Of a DNA stretch of 64,000 bases, positions 52,060-64,000 are shown piece by piece. Each line of letters starts with the position of its first letter. Position 1 is the stretch's first letter. Below the pieces are notes generated by a model. It saw only the letters and a program-made list of their open reading frames with translations. It made no database searches and was not told the origin of the DNA. The DNA comes from Podarcis melisellensis (lineage: Eukaryota), in assembly GCA_964234715.1 (NCBI GenBank), contig OZ174287.1. One strand, given 5' to 3'. A program made the translations under genes and the position numbers.

Positions 52060-54267
52060 GTAAGCATGTGCAGGAGGGGAGAAGGGCGACAGTAGTTGGT
52101 GCATGGAGCAGTGTGTCGGAGATAGAATGGACCAGGGATACCCCCCCCCCCATCTGAGAAGGTGCTCTCTAGTGATGTGAGAGCCTTCGCCAACCTGGTA
52201 CCGTCCAGATTATTTGAACTGCAAGTCCTATCAGCCTCAGTCAGCATAATCATGCTGACTGGAGTGGGTTGGACCTGTAACCCAAAACCTTTGGAGCTCA
52301 GCAGATTGGTGAAAGTTGGTGTGGGACCAAGCTGAAACCATTCTTTAAAATTCATGGATTTAGAACTTTATGGATTTATTATTATTATTGATTTAAAAAA
52401 ACACTGTCTTTTTTATCTTTACTTCATACTTCCCCACCCCCACTTTTTGCTATATGTACATTACCACGTATTTGTATAGATAGCTCTTTATCAGTATATA
52501 ATAAGCATGGTTAAAATTGGCTACCTTTATAACATAAATAAAACAACAAGACATCTTCATGGAGTCAGTATAGAAGCAGCTAAAACAATAAGGCAGACTA
52601 ATCAATGAGAACTGTTAAAATGGCTTGGTAAATACAGTAAAATAAAATTTCAACCTGGCACTGCAAATCATGTCAGCAACAGTCACACATCAGTACAGAA
52701 GGTATTCCATCATCAATGTTCCAACATTCTCTATCCAACTATTTTCTCTCCCTTTTGCAAAATTACCAGGAAATTATATGGTTGTGCTTTACCCTACATC
52801 TTATTCCAAACTATGTAATTTTTCTATAGTGCTTGCATTTCCCCAATTACCCTCACTGACTGTAATATTTGTGAGTTTTATGCAGGTGTGTTTATTTTAA
52901 TAACAAAAGTAATTGCACGTATAACTGTTGTGCATGTCACTTTACAGAGTAATAAAACAAAAGAAGAAATCCCCATCTTTTTTAAAAAAAAAAGCCTTGC
53001 CAGACCTATTCAGTGAACCTAAGGCCAACATATATTTATTTTGTTCCAACATGTAAATGTTGGGTACCACCACCACTCCATTTGTATTCAGGTTGACTGG
53101 TATATTGGTAATAATTCTACAGTTAGGGGTGGGGAATCAATGCTATCAAACTGGGGTTTTTTTAAAGCATTATGACCAAAAACCTGGAACTAAGTAAAAT
53201 CTAAATTTCTAAAATATGGAGAAAACAACAGAGGAAAGAAAGATGGAAAGGGTACACAGAACTGTAGAAAGAGAATAGCTTCTGCCTGGACATAAGTGTG
53301 CAGAAGGGATAGAAAATATGGAATGTCCTCTGTTCTTTTGAAAAAGATCCATTCAAATGAAGGGTGGGCACTCTTGGGTAGCCCTCACTCTTCTCAATAG
53401 GGCTTGCTCAGGAGAACTTCCCACTTGACCCTGCCTCAGTGGATAAGCTGTCTCCAAAAGCCATCTGCCTACCACTTCACTTTACCTCATGATTTCTTAA
53501 GATGCTTTTAAAGACATTTTTCTTGTTTTGTCACTTATTGTTTGCCACCCTGGGCTCCTTCGGGAAAGAGGGCAGGATTTAAATATAATAGAGAATAATA
53601 ATATTGAGCCACTATGTGGGGAAATGCCAGTATAGTTCCCTTGTTTGAGTGAAGTACTCAGGGACTCTGTGTTATCCATGTCACAGCAGTCCCAACTGAA
53701 CTGGGATTCAGCATTGGCTAGCCCTGTGAGTGAGACACACACATTTCTCAGTTTTGCCAGGATTAGCAACCTTGGATGTTCAGAATCATGACTGGAGAAC
53801 AAGGGGAAGAAGAGAGACACATCACAATGTCAGCTTCGGTTACCTCAACAATCACCATCTAAACTCGAGGGCCAGAGCACGGCCTGTTTTGCAAATTTGA
53901 TGAAAATGAATGAAGATGGTTTTGCTTTCTCTAAACAAGGGATGGCTGGAGTTGGTATCCAATTATGCATCTTAAAAAAAAATAGTGGGGATTTGATGAC
54001 AGGCCAGTGTATTTTTAGGGGGAGGGGATGTTTGGCATTCTTTGCATTTTTGCAAAATAATAATAATGTAATTTACATTTGAGAGAAGTGATTGGGGTTG
54101 CCAAACTTGCCGAAGAAAATATCTTGGCCTGTTCTTGTTACTGTTCGGATCAGATAGCAGAGCTTTTCATAGCACAGAAATAAGCATTTCCATGTACTAA
54201 TTACGGCATGTCTTAATTGAGTGGGATTAGGATATTGCATTAACGCCCCGTTTATGTTCTTCCACAG

Positions 54268-54371
54268 GAGGAACTGTCCAAGAACACTGAGCTGGTGCAA
54301 CAACAGCGGCATGTCCTGAGTCATGCAACCAATTTGCCCAATATCCAGCTCTACTGGAGCAGCTACAACAG
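54268..54371 (+). CDS. NDRG2: NDRG2 exon (EELSKNTELVQQQRHVLSHATNLPNIQLYWSSYN), 104 nt
   Basis: cacag / gtgggt; frame continuous. Confidence 0.96.
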
Positions 54372-56450
54372 GTGGGTGTGTGGGCAGGACTTACCTGGGT
54401 GGGGACACAGCATCAAAGACCAGCGTGAGGGCATGTCACGGTTGTGTTGGCAGCAGCAAGCCAGAGCAAGAAAGATAGTTGTTGTGCAAGAAACAGATCC
54501 AGACTAAGCAGGAAGTCTTTTATTAGACCTCTTCCTGCCTAGGTACATCCAGTGGCCAGCCTGGGTAGGCAGGGCTAGTCCAGACACCAATAAGATTTTA
54601 CTGCGCAGGAATATGTTCCCTCTGTAGTGTCTTCTTTTGAATTTTAAGAGACATTTTATTTTCTTGTCAATTATGTTGCTTTGAACATCTATTCTATATT
54701 TTATCTTCTTATGCAATGCTTGATTTTGGAATGTTTCATGCGATGTTTTAATTTGGGTTGTAAAGCGCTTTGTGGTGTTTTTCTTAAAAATATAAAGTAG
54801 CATAGAAATGAAATGAACAACAACAACAACAAAGTTGTAGATGATAATAATAACAATAATAACATAGGTGCAGGTTCCCTGCTCAAGCCCTGGTGGCCTC
54901 TAGTTCTCCAGCAGACTAGAGTTTAGCAATGTTAGGTAGTTGGCAGGGATATAAATATTAAGGTATCTAAATAAATAACTGGAACCAGGACTGGCACAAG
55001 ACATTTGCATGCACACACAATTCCACATACAGAGGTTAACTGGGCTGGCTGTTCAATTTTGCTTAGCACTTCTAACTGTGCTAAGGACTGAGGACAGCAG
55101 GCTCATTGTGGCTGCACAGCACTGGCTGCATAGCAAGTGACAGAAGGGTACAACCAGGGGGTGCTCAGAATGATAATTCTCCCCCACCAGCACTTACCGC
55201 CTGAAGCAATTGCCTCATTCTGCCTAATGGCAAGGCCCCCTGTGACTGAAATGCTCTTTGATTCCCACACAGGCTTTCCTCGGACTTCTGACAGCTACGG
55301 GTTTTCTGTTCTGTATTAACTGCTTGCTTTTTCTATTGAAAGAACTACTTGCCTTTAGAGAAGCACACCCTGTGTGTTACCACACGGCTCACTGCTCTGA
55401 GGATGTCTCCTGACTGGAAGGCAGCAAGCCCAGGGCAGTGTGACTCATGCAAGGATGAAATGGGTGGTTCTGCTGCATCTCTCCTTTGGGGAATAGCCGA
55501 ACATCCATTCAGACTCAATGCAGAATCACAATAGATTCGCCTGTCTCCAGCTGAAATGGATTGGAACAGGGTGGCTGTTTCCAAAGTTGAATGAGCCCTT
55601 GGAGAAGTGCCCTCTGGACCCGTTCCACTCCTACAGGGTCTTGGGGATAGGCCCTCTGTATGGCTAATTTTGTAGTTCTGGATAACGACCCTGTTTTTTA
55701 TTTCACCATAACTTAAGTTCCAGGGCACTGTAAAAAGAGTTTGGAAAAAACACAGCCACCGTCTGGTGTCAATATGAGTGTTAGTCTAAAGAGGGCTAAA
55801 AACAGGCACCCACAGTGATGTTGTGTACACACCATACACTTAACAGCATATATCAAGCATGTGGTTTTACCCAAAGAATCCTGCAAACTGTAATTTACCC
55901 TGCACAGAACTACAGTTCCCAGCACCCTCAAAAAACTATAGTTCTCAGGGTTCTTTGAGGGAACTCACATGTTTTAATTTAAATGTAAGTTGTGTTCTGC
56001 TGGTGTACCAGAGCTGAAAGGAGCCACTTGCTGAACCTGGGCCTGGGTAGATGGTTTAGGTTCACGGAAACCCTTATTAATGTCCTTCAATCCTCATTTC
56101 CTCTCATGGAACACAGTTTAAGGAGTTGCCATACTAATGAATTTGCTGCTTTTTTGTGTGTGTGTGTGTGTTTTTTGCTCACTCATAAATTTAACCTCAT
56201 GCTTCTCAGAAAGGCTGCTCTGATTAAAGGTTTTGACAATATGCTGGTGTGTATTATTTAAACGTAAATCAATGAACTGATGGACTCTTCAAGTTAAAAG
56301 GCAGATGACTGAAGCCTTTGTATTATTTCATACGTAAGCTGCCTTGTGCATGGTTGTGAAAAGATGGGATAATGATAAATAATAACTGCAGTTGTTTAGT
56401 CACTGCACCATTTGGTTGGCCCAGAGAAAGGGATGAGACACAGGGAGGAA

Positions 56451-56518
<68 letters not shown>
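56451..56518. repeat. (TG)n microsatellite
   Basis: Seen directly, with one interruption. Confidence 0.97.
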
Positions 56519-56521
<3 letters not shown>

Positions 56522-57868
56522 GGATTCTGCAGCACTTCCAAGGGGGGGAAATGCAGGATGTTATATTGGTGGTAGAATTCAATATTCAGAGAATCTTAAC
56601 TTTATTTATAAAAAGAAAAAGGAAGAAGCATGTTTCCAGGCCTCATGGCTGCAAGAAAATGTTGGAAGGTCTGTTGGCAATGCCAAAGACAAATCTCAGG
56701 TGCAGGATGAGTGGCAGAATAAGATTTCCAGACATTAGGGTATGGCTTGCATACTTCTTTGCTTCGCCATATGACTAGTAAAAACAGAAAGGCAAAGCAA
56801 TCCCACTTCTAAAGCCCTGCAAGCCAGGATATAAGGTGGGAATTATGTGTTGTTTTTTTCTTTCCCCTGGGCTAGCTCCAGGCAAATGCAGCTGAGGGGT
56901 CCAATATAGTATATATTAGGGATGGCATATTTTGAAGAGCAAAAAAGAGGATCCTATGACAGACATTCAAAGCAAATGAATGCAATTTGCCCCAAATCTT
57001 ACCCCTGAAAAAGAAGGTGTGTCCTGGGAAAAGAGGACACTGTTTTAAAACACATGGCTTCCACTAAAGAATCGTGGGAACTGTAGATGGTTAAGGGTGC
57101 TGGAAATTGTATCTTTGAGAGATGTGAACTAAAGTTTCCAGGATTCTTTGGGGGGAACCATTCACTTTAAATGTATTTTGAATGCATGATGTGAATGTGA
57201 CAAGAGAGTCAAGGCTTCAGCATGCCACCCCAAAATGCCCCAGTGGCAACTTCCCACCCGTTGAGCAAAGCTCAGGGCTTCTACTGAGAGCAGTGTTCCT
57301 CTCCACTGGCAGAAGGAGATGGAAAAGGCAAGTAGTTGTGATTCTCCTTGCCCCTTCCTCCCCAGGAGTAAACATCAGGATCATATCCTCAATGATGCAA
57401 ACTTTTTAAAAGAGTTGTGACTGAACAATGCAAAATAAGAGGATGATGCAAATTGTCATCAGGTTAGAGAATTATGCTCTGCTTGGTGTAGGATGTATAT
57501 TGGCTGCAGAATTCAGACTGATTGTGCTGGGATTGTTTTGTTTTCTTTGTATTTGACCAGTACGCTTGGTCCTGAAAGTTGGCAAGGTTGCCAACCTCTG
57601 GGTTAGAAGGATATTTATGTGCCTTCAACAATTGTATGGAGAGGATATGTTTGGAGTGGCCACAGTGATCAAGACAGAGGAGCACTTTTTTGAAGTGTTA
57701 GGGGTTGGCAACTCTTAGACCTAGAGTTATATAACAAGGGAGACCAGCATATGGAGAGTCTAGTGATGGTATTGGTATGCAGGGGCAGGGAGCGGGTTGC
57801 ATAAGGAGGTCTTTGTTTAGGAGGCTGGAAAAAATAAGCTTACAATTCCCTTCTTTCCCCCCTTACAG

Positions 57869-57913
57869 CCGCAGAGACCTGAGCTTGGAGCGCGGAGGAG
57901 ACATCACTTTCAA
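57869..57913 (+). CDS. NDRG2: NDRG2 exon (SRRDLSLERGGDITFK), 45 nt
   Basis: tacag / gtgagt; the short RRDL..ERGGDIT loop is characteristic of NDRG2 among the NDRG paralogs. Confidence 0.96.
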
Positions 57914-58299
57914 GTGAGTGCCAGCCAGCCCCTGCATTTTCTTTCACACATTTGTGTCCTCAAGTTGCCACCTTTGCTTCTGGGAGGGATCACATGCTGT
58001 CAGTAGCAAACTGGTTTTTTAAAATTGGTTTTTTAAAAACAGATTAGGGGCTCGGGTTGACACTTGATGCACAGTTCGTCCTAACACAGCACTGAAAAAG
58101 ATGCACATTAAGAGGGTTGCCAGCCGAACAGGAAAACTGGTCTGGCCTGCTCTTGTGCCTTTGAACAGCGGCTTGGGGTGCTAGCAGTGCAGCTATTCAT
58201 GAAACTGGATATGAAATTTATTACCTAAAGCCTGCAGATTAAGCATTGCTTAAAGGCATAGGAACAGTGGCAAGTTGAAAATTAGCAATTATTTATATA

Positions 58300-58558
58300 C
58301 AGTAATACCTCCGTGAACATCCGCCTCGTCTAGCGTCCATTCCAGCAAATGTCTGCTGCAAACCCGGAAGTACCGGAACGGGTTACTTCCGGGTTTGCTG
58401 CTCGTGCATGCACAGAAGCGATAAATTGCACTTCACGCATGCGCAGAAGCCCAAACCGCTCCGTGTACGCGCGTAGACACGGCGCTTTGCCCTGCGTCCT
58501 TTTCGGCTAGCGACCGGGGCTCCAGAATGGATCCCGATCGCAAAACAAGGTATGACTG
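58300..58558. mobile_element. Tc1/mariner-pogo MITE, third subfamily (CpG-rich)
   Basis: Ends cagtaatacct / aggtatgactg, TA / TG flanks, internal palindrome gcaaacccggaagta...tacttccgggtttgc. Confidence 0.8.
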
Positions 58559-59159
58559 TGCTTTTAAAGCACTTCTGCATTCAAACATATATAAGTACTT
58601 TAGAATCTCTAGGAGGAAAAGCTGGAAGAGCAGAATTTTTTAAGATGCGTCAGTGCCTTCCAACCTATTCCTACATTGCTTCTCATCCTCATTAATCTTA
58701 TTTTAGATTAATTAGTGACAAGCTTGCTCTGTTTTCCCAGCAATTCTTTTATTTTCTTCACTCTGAAACTTCAGGGACCGGCTTGCATGATTAATTAATC
58801 GAAAATAAAAGGTGTGACCTTGTGAATAACTCCCAGGGGTGGCAAGAGGGATGTGGAAAGAGAGATGCTAAAAATATCAATTTCTTACGTTGTGTCTGAA
58901 CGAAGGCAATCTTTGCATTGCAGTTTTTGTTCCTTCTTGTTTTCACTGATCCCAACTTAGTGGGTCAGTGTCCATGGGCATCTGTCAAGACCCCAGTAAC
59001 AGCCACCCCAAAAATCCTCGCTACTGTCACGTGCTCACTTGCCAGCTTTCTGGGCACACCAGTGAGGAAAATGGAGCCAATTCTGCAGGCATCAAGCAGG
59101 GGCTACACAGAAGGGCCACTGGGGGGCGCCTCCAGATTCCCCAAGGTGCATTTTGCCAC

Positions 59160-59318
59160 TGGGAAGGGCTATAACTCAGTGGTAAAGTCTTGCATGCATA
59201 AAATCCTAAGTTCAGTCCCTGGCATCTCCTGGTAGGGCTAGACAGGCACTGCCAGTCAGTGTAGACAGGATTGAACTAGATGGGTCAATGGTCTGACTCA
59301 GTACAAGGAAGCTTCCTA
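59160..59318 (+). mobile_element. tRNA-derived SINE (Squam3-like)
   Basis: Pol III A-box-like taactcagtgg and B-box-like gttcagtccc, followed by the family body ending aagcttccta. Confidence 0.72.
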
Positions 59319-61696
59319 AATGTCTGTATGTCATTGGCACAATAATAGTGCAATAGTGGTGAATATATACCAGAGGTCCACACATTGATAAGTTATTCTG
59401 CAGTGCATTCCCGATGTTATGGCATTGCTGTTTGGTGGGGCACTCTTATGCTATAGGGCAGTGAAAGGGGGGGAGAATAAAGTGGAAAATCTGAGTATAA
59501 AGAGTTAAAGGATTTCAGCAGGAAGTCACAGGGCATGCACCAATTGGAAATGAAGCAGTATGTCCACCTTGCAACTTGTAGGCACAAACAGTAATGAAAA
59601 TGGAATCACATATAACTTCCCCACCATCATCATGAATTCACAATAAAAAGGAGGGTCCCTGACTATGTTCTTCTGAGGGACCCAGAAAAAGCTGTTTATA
59701 ACCCTGATTTTTTGTGTGTGTGCTCATCTTCATGAGTTTCCCATTCTTGTACACTTGCTCCTTTGAGGAACCACGAGCTGTTCTTTTGGTTGAGCTATTT
59801 TATTTTCAAAAAGAAACCAACGCCCTGAATTGACACAAAATTCAGCTGCACACCCTTTTATAACAGCAAAACTCTGCTGGAATGGGAAGTTAATGGGAAG
59901 GAGGACTTCCATCTCTGTGGAATTTGGATATAGGCCTTGGTTCTTGTGCCAGGTTTCATGAGGGGCCTGGGCTGGCTCAAGCTATATTGCTTCTCCAGGC
60001 AAAAGAAAAATTCACACACAGCCTTATTGCAGTCTGTAGACCCAAAATACATAGTACAACAATAATGAATAATAATCAGTAATTATAATTTTGCTGTTCT
60101 CAATATTGACACCTTATATGCAGGGAGATTACGGTCCTTCCTTAAGGGTCTTCCCAATTGCAGTCTTGTACCCCTGGTTCACAATTGGATGGAGTGAGGA
60201 GATGGAGCTGCTACTGGGAAAATGGCGGCTGCCCTGCTTCCTCAAATGTTTGCAGGGTGGCGGGTAGTGTGCTCCTCCCTTGAGGGTTTTTGACAGTAAA
60301 ACTGTGGCTCTCGAAGTTTGACACCACTCTCCACCCACCCAAAATGGTCTGTATGGCCTCTAGGGCTGAGCTGACCCTGAGACAGGAGGGTATCAGTAGT
60401 GTACTGTGGTTGCTAAGCAACCTTAGGAAGCACCTCTGCACCCCAAACAAAATGGCTGGGTCTGAGCTGATGCAGTGTGCAAGAGTGTGTAGCTGATTGC
60501 CAGGTCCCCTTTTCCACAAACTTCCAGGATAGACATGCCCTGGATTGACACCGAGGCAAGGATTCCTGCTGTCCCCACCACCCAGAAAGGCCTGACATAT
60601 CACCAGCAGTACCTGAGAGCATAACTACATGTTACATTGACCACATGAGAGATCTGTTTGTTGTGATTTCTAATGGCTCCTGCACCAAGAGTCAGAGAGA
60701 GTGGGAAGTGATAGAGATCAATTGGAGTGGAGGAGGAATCATTGGCTGTCCCCCCCCCCCTCTTGTTTATCTCCTCTTATTTGTTTTTCTTTCTTAACAG
60801 CAAATTTCCCCGACTTCTCTTCCTCTGAGTGCCTGGGAAAAATTAGTCACTTGGGGCAAGGGCGGGGGCGGGGGCGGAGGCAGCCAACAGCTACTCCTTC
60901 ACTCTGCAGTTTCTGTCCTCTGCCTTTTTCTGCCTGTGTGGAAGAGAGGAGTTTTCAGAGTTCTCCGGCAGTACAGCTGCTCTCCTGTGGTCAGTATAAC
61001 ACAGCCCTTCCCAACCCAGAGACCTCAGGAGCCCTTCAGATGTTTTGGACTACAATTCCCATCAGCCCCAGCCAGCGCAGCCATCCAAGACATCTGGAGA
61101 GTACTAGGCTGCAGGAGGCTGTTGTAGCCTGTAGGCCGCTTCCGGGCAGCCTGCTTAATGACCATCCGTTTTTATTTGTTTGTGGGGACATCATGGGGTG
61201 TGGTGTTGCAGGAAGCAAATGTGATCTGATACTTCAAGTCTATTTTCCCATCCCAGAGTTCGTTGTGCAAAAAAAGTGCCCTATCGGCTTTGATTGCACA
61301 ACCTGAATTTGCCACTCTGTGACTGCATCCCACCTGAAAATAGCAGGAGTCTGCAAGGGCCCAGACTCCTGGATTCCCATCTTCAGACTGTTTCAACCTG
61401 CAAACATTTCTTCTCTTCTTTGCTCCCCCATCCTGCTTAGCTTGCTCAAGATTGGTGGAAAACTCAAAAGCTTGCTTGCTATTTTTTTGACATTTTCTTG
61501 GTCCTAATAAAAGTACTACCATACTGTGGTTTGCCCCCCCCCCCGAATCACCATGGCTGTCTAGCTTTTCATGAAACATAGAGTAGGGCTCTTGATGCCC
61601 CAACTCACCTGTTTGCAAGACCCAAGTAAGCTGAGTTGCAACCTTTACAGCAGCTTTAACTTTCTGACACATTTTTCTTCTTCTTCACATTGCCAG

Positions 61697-61748
61697 GTGT
61701 CCTGTGATGCTGGTGGTGGGAGACCAGGCCCCTCATGAAGATGCAGTG
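61697..61748 (+). CDS. NDRG2: NDRG2 exon (CPVMLVVGDQAPHEDAV), 52 nt
   Basis: gccag / gtgagt; matches the recalled human NDRG2 peptide. Confidence 0.97.
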
Positions 61749-61917
61749 GTGAGTGATAGTGCCATATATCTTCTCAAAAATTCCACAGCAAAAGACTATG
61801 GAGCCATTGGACCTTCCACCCATCCTCTACTTTCTGGTTTTGACAGGAACTAAGATACCTATTGTCTCACTTTGGCTCTGCTCTTTATGCTCACTCTGCC
61901 ATTATCTCTCCTGCCAG

Positions 61918-61965
61918 GTGGAGTGCAATTCCAAACTGGACCCTACCCAGACCTCTTTCCTTAAG
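61918..61965 (+). CDS. NDRG2: NDRG2 exon (VECNSKLDPTQTSFLK), 48 nt
   Basis: gccag / gtaagc. Confidence 0.97.
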
Positions 61966-63188
61966 GTAAGCAATGCCTCTCAAGGCTACTGCAGAGAATG
62001 CCAGTCTAGCTTTCGGCTTCCATTAACTTTGCTGCTGTACCTTTGTTATTTCGTAGACCTGAACAAAATTAAGCCAACAGCGATACATAGCATAACATTC
62101 AAAATACATTACAATGGGTTGCAATGCATAAAGGATATAAAATAGCAGGAATGTCTAAAATGAGATCTACAACATGATACCTTAAAATATGGAGCTTAAA
62201 CGTGAGCCGAACAAAATAAATAACATAACCAGATTAAAAACTGTAACGCATGAGAACAGCAGCCATACAGGATAGGTTTGATCAGGAAAGATTTCTTTTC
62301 ATGCTTTGTAGTCAGAAAGAGAAAGCTAGCCACAATCTCTGTTAATAACTTGTTTGAATCTGCCAAAAGGTAGGCCAGTTACCATTCAGAAGTCCTGCCT
62401 GGAAATTTTCAGATAATACAAGTCACCAATCCGATTTGGTCATCTTCATAGATTTTACAGGCAAGAAGTGCAGAAATCAAATATTCTATCATCCCTTCTC
62501 CCATTTGTTATTTTATTAGGCTAGACTTATATACAATCACCAACACAAACCTCTAAGCACCTTACATAAAGCAATATAATCTATTAAGAATACCCATGAA
62601 ATTCAGTGCTAAAAACCTGGTTGCTCCATGTTTCTTCTATGACCATTTTGTCTCCCCACACCTCCCACTTCCTCTACCTCTGTCTTTTCAGGGCTGGTCT
62701 ACCATCCCCATAACATCACTTTTGAGATTCCTAAAGTTTGCCTAAATCTTTTTTGCTGCCTCCCACACACCACACACCACAGCTACTTCTTTGTTTATAT
62801 AACTTTAAAACTTTGAAGGATGAATGCATAAATGCTTTCTTAAGGTTTCCTTTTGGGGAGGGGCAGGATTTTTCTGAACACAGATTCTCTGTGCTAGGAG
62901 GCAGGGCACAGGTAGATTGCGACTGAGGTTCCACTGGTGTCAAAGCTTTGGTGTGTCTATTCATGTTTATACAGAAATCAGCTCAGGTTCCCACGCACAC
63001 ATACAAATCAAATTCAACTTTTCCTCATCCTCTGCTGTCACTGAACAACAACCTGTGCTTTGCAGAGAATCGTTGAGAGTGGGAGGCGGCCACTTAAGAG
63101 AGATGGCCAGGTCTTCCTCCTTAGTCTTGCATATTCTCCAGCCTGTAGACAGTTGCTCCCCATTTAGGTTTCTCTTTGTTTCTTTCAG

Positions 63189-63224
63189 ATGGCAGATTCT
63201 GGAGGACAACCACAGTTGACCCAG
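63189..63224 (+). CDS. NDRG2: NDRG2 exon (MADSGGQPQLTQ), 36 nt
   Basis: ttcag / gtgaga. Confidence 0.97.
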
Positions 63225-63957
63225 GTGAGACAGGCTGGCACGACTGGTGGGAGGGTTGGGGGCAGGACTGGATTCTGTCCATTCTGCTGCACTTAGTTAA
63301 ACCATCCCTCATGTTCCTCAGTGCATTGTACCTTCTGCTAGGACATGCTTCAAAAGTTTGTGCACGCTTCTTTGATTTAAATAGAAAAGTCACTTTGGGA
63401 AGGGGTGGTTTAGAGTTAGGAAAGCAAGCACTTACTTTCTCCTTCCCTGCTGCTGTTTCTCCAGTTCCAAATGCATCTCACAAAAGTTTTCAAGGTCCCA
63501 ATAATTTGCAAATATATACCTGTGGGTGCTTCTGGACTGTTGCTGTTTTCTAGTAGGATCAATCAATTACAATTGATTGGCAGATCTTGTACAAGAAACC
63601 TGCTTCCACAGAATATCAGACTTTTGGGGATAAGAAAAAATAAAATTCAACATTCATAGAAAAATTGTCTTTGTCCTGAAACTGGGCATAGACCCCTTCC
63701 CAAAATGTGACTAAACTTATGTCCAATTTTTGCTTTTAACTTGAAGAGGTTAACATGCCAGACATTTTCCAACTTATTGTGGGTTCTTCTGCCTCCAACC
63801 CCAAGCATTGGTGTGGAGTGGTTACCTTATAAAGAAGGAGGCAAGATTACAAATATGATGCAAAAAAGGATTGGCTGGCTATGTTTCCACCTTGATGTTA
63901 GCACACCTCTGATGTTTTCCTTGGCGCTCTCTCTCTTCCCTCTCTTCCGTCCTTCAG

Positions 63958-64000
63958 CCTGGTAAACTGACTGAGGCTTTCAAGTACTTCGTACAAGGCA
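63958..64000 (+). CDS. NDRG2: NDRG2 exon, truncated by the window end (PGKLTEAFKYFVQG...)
   Basis: ttcag acceptor; matches NDRG2 PGKLTEAFKYFLQG. Confidence 0.96.

Noticed and set aside
59160-59235. tRNA gene
   Set aside because: The A/B-box-like head continues into a SINE body shared by several decayed copies; no intact cloverleaf.

Overview
Vertebrate genomic DNA, almost certainly from a squamate reptile; a lacertid-type lizard is inferred from the repeat families (BovB, L2, CR1, tRNA-derived SINEs, TA-flanked Tc1/mariner-pogo MITEs, hAT MITEs, Penelope-like fragments). Two spliced genes lie on the + strand. (1) The last two coding exons of a VWA5A-like gene (231-354 and 847-926, stop TGA). 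(2) Most of NDRG2: a CpG-rich promoter region at about 27.1-28.6 kb, then 14 coding exons from the ATG at 36698 to the window end. All internal junctions are GT-AG and phase-compatible. The rest is intergenic or intronic DNA full of transposon relics, plus a 679-N assembly gap. Nearly all ORFs in the supplied track are spurious. I found no convincing new multi-gene system. The most unusual items are: a young 1.23-kb DNA transposon carrying a 60-bp self-complementary, CpG-rich tandem array; two poly(A)-tailed retro-insertions with long TSDs side by side just 3' of the VWA5A-like stop; a hAT relic carrying tandem CRE-CRE-E-box sites next to the NDRG2 45-nt cassette exon; an antisense solo LTR and a Penelope-like fragment inside NDRG2 introns; and candidate CTCF and MEF2 sites.
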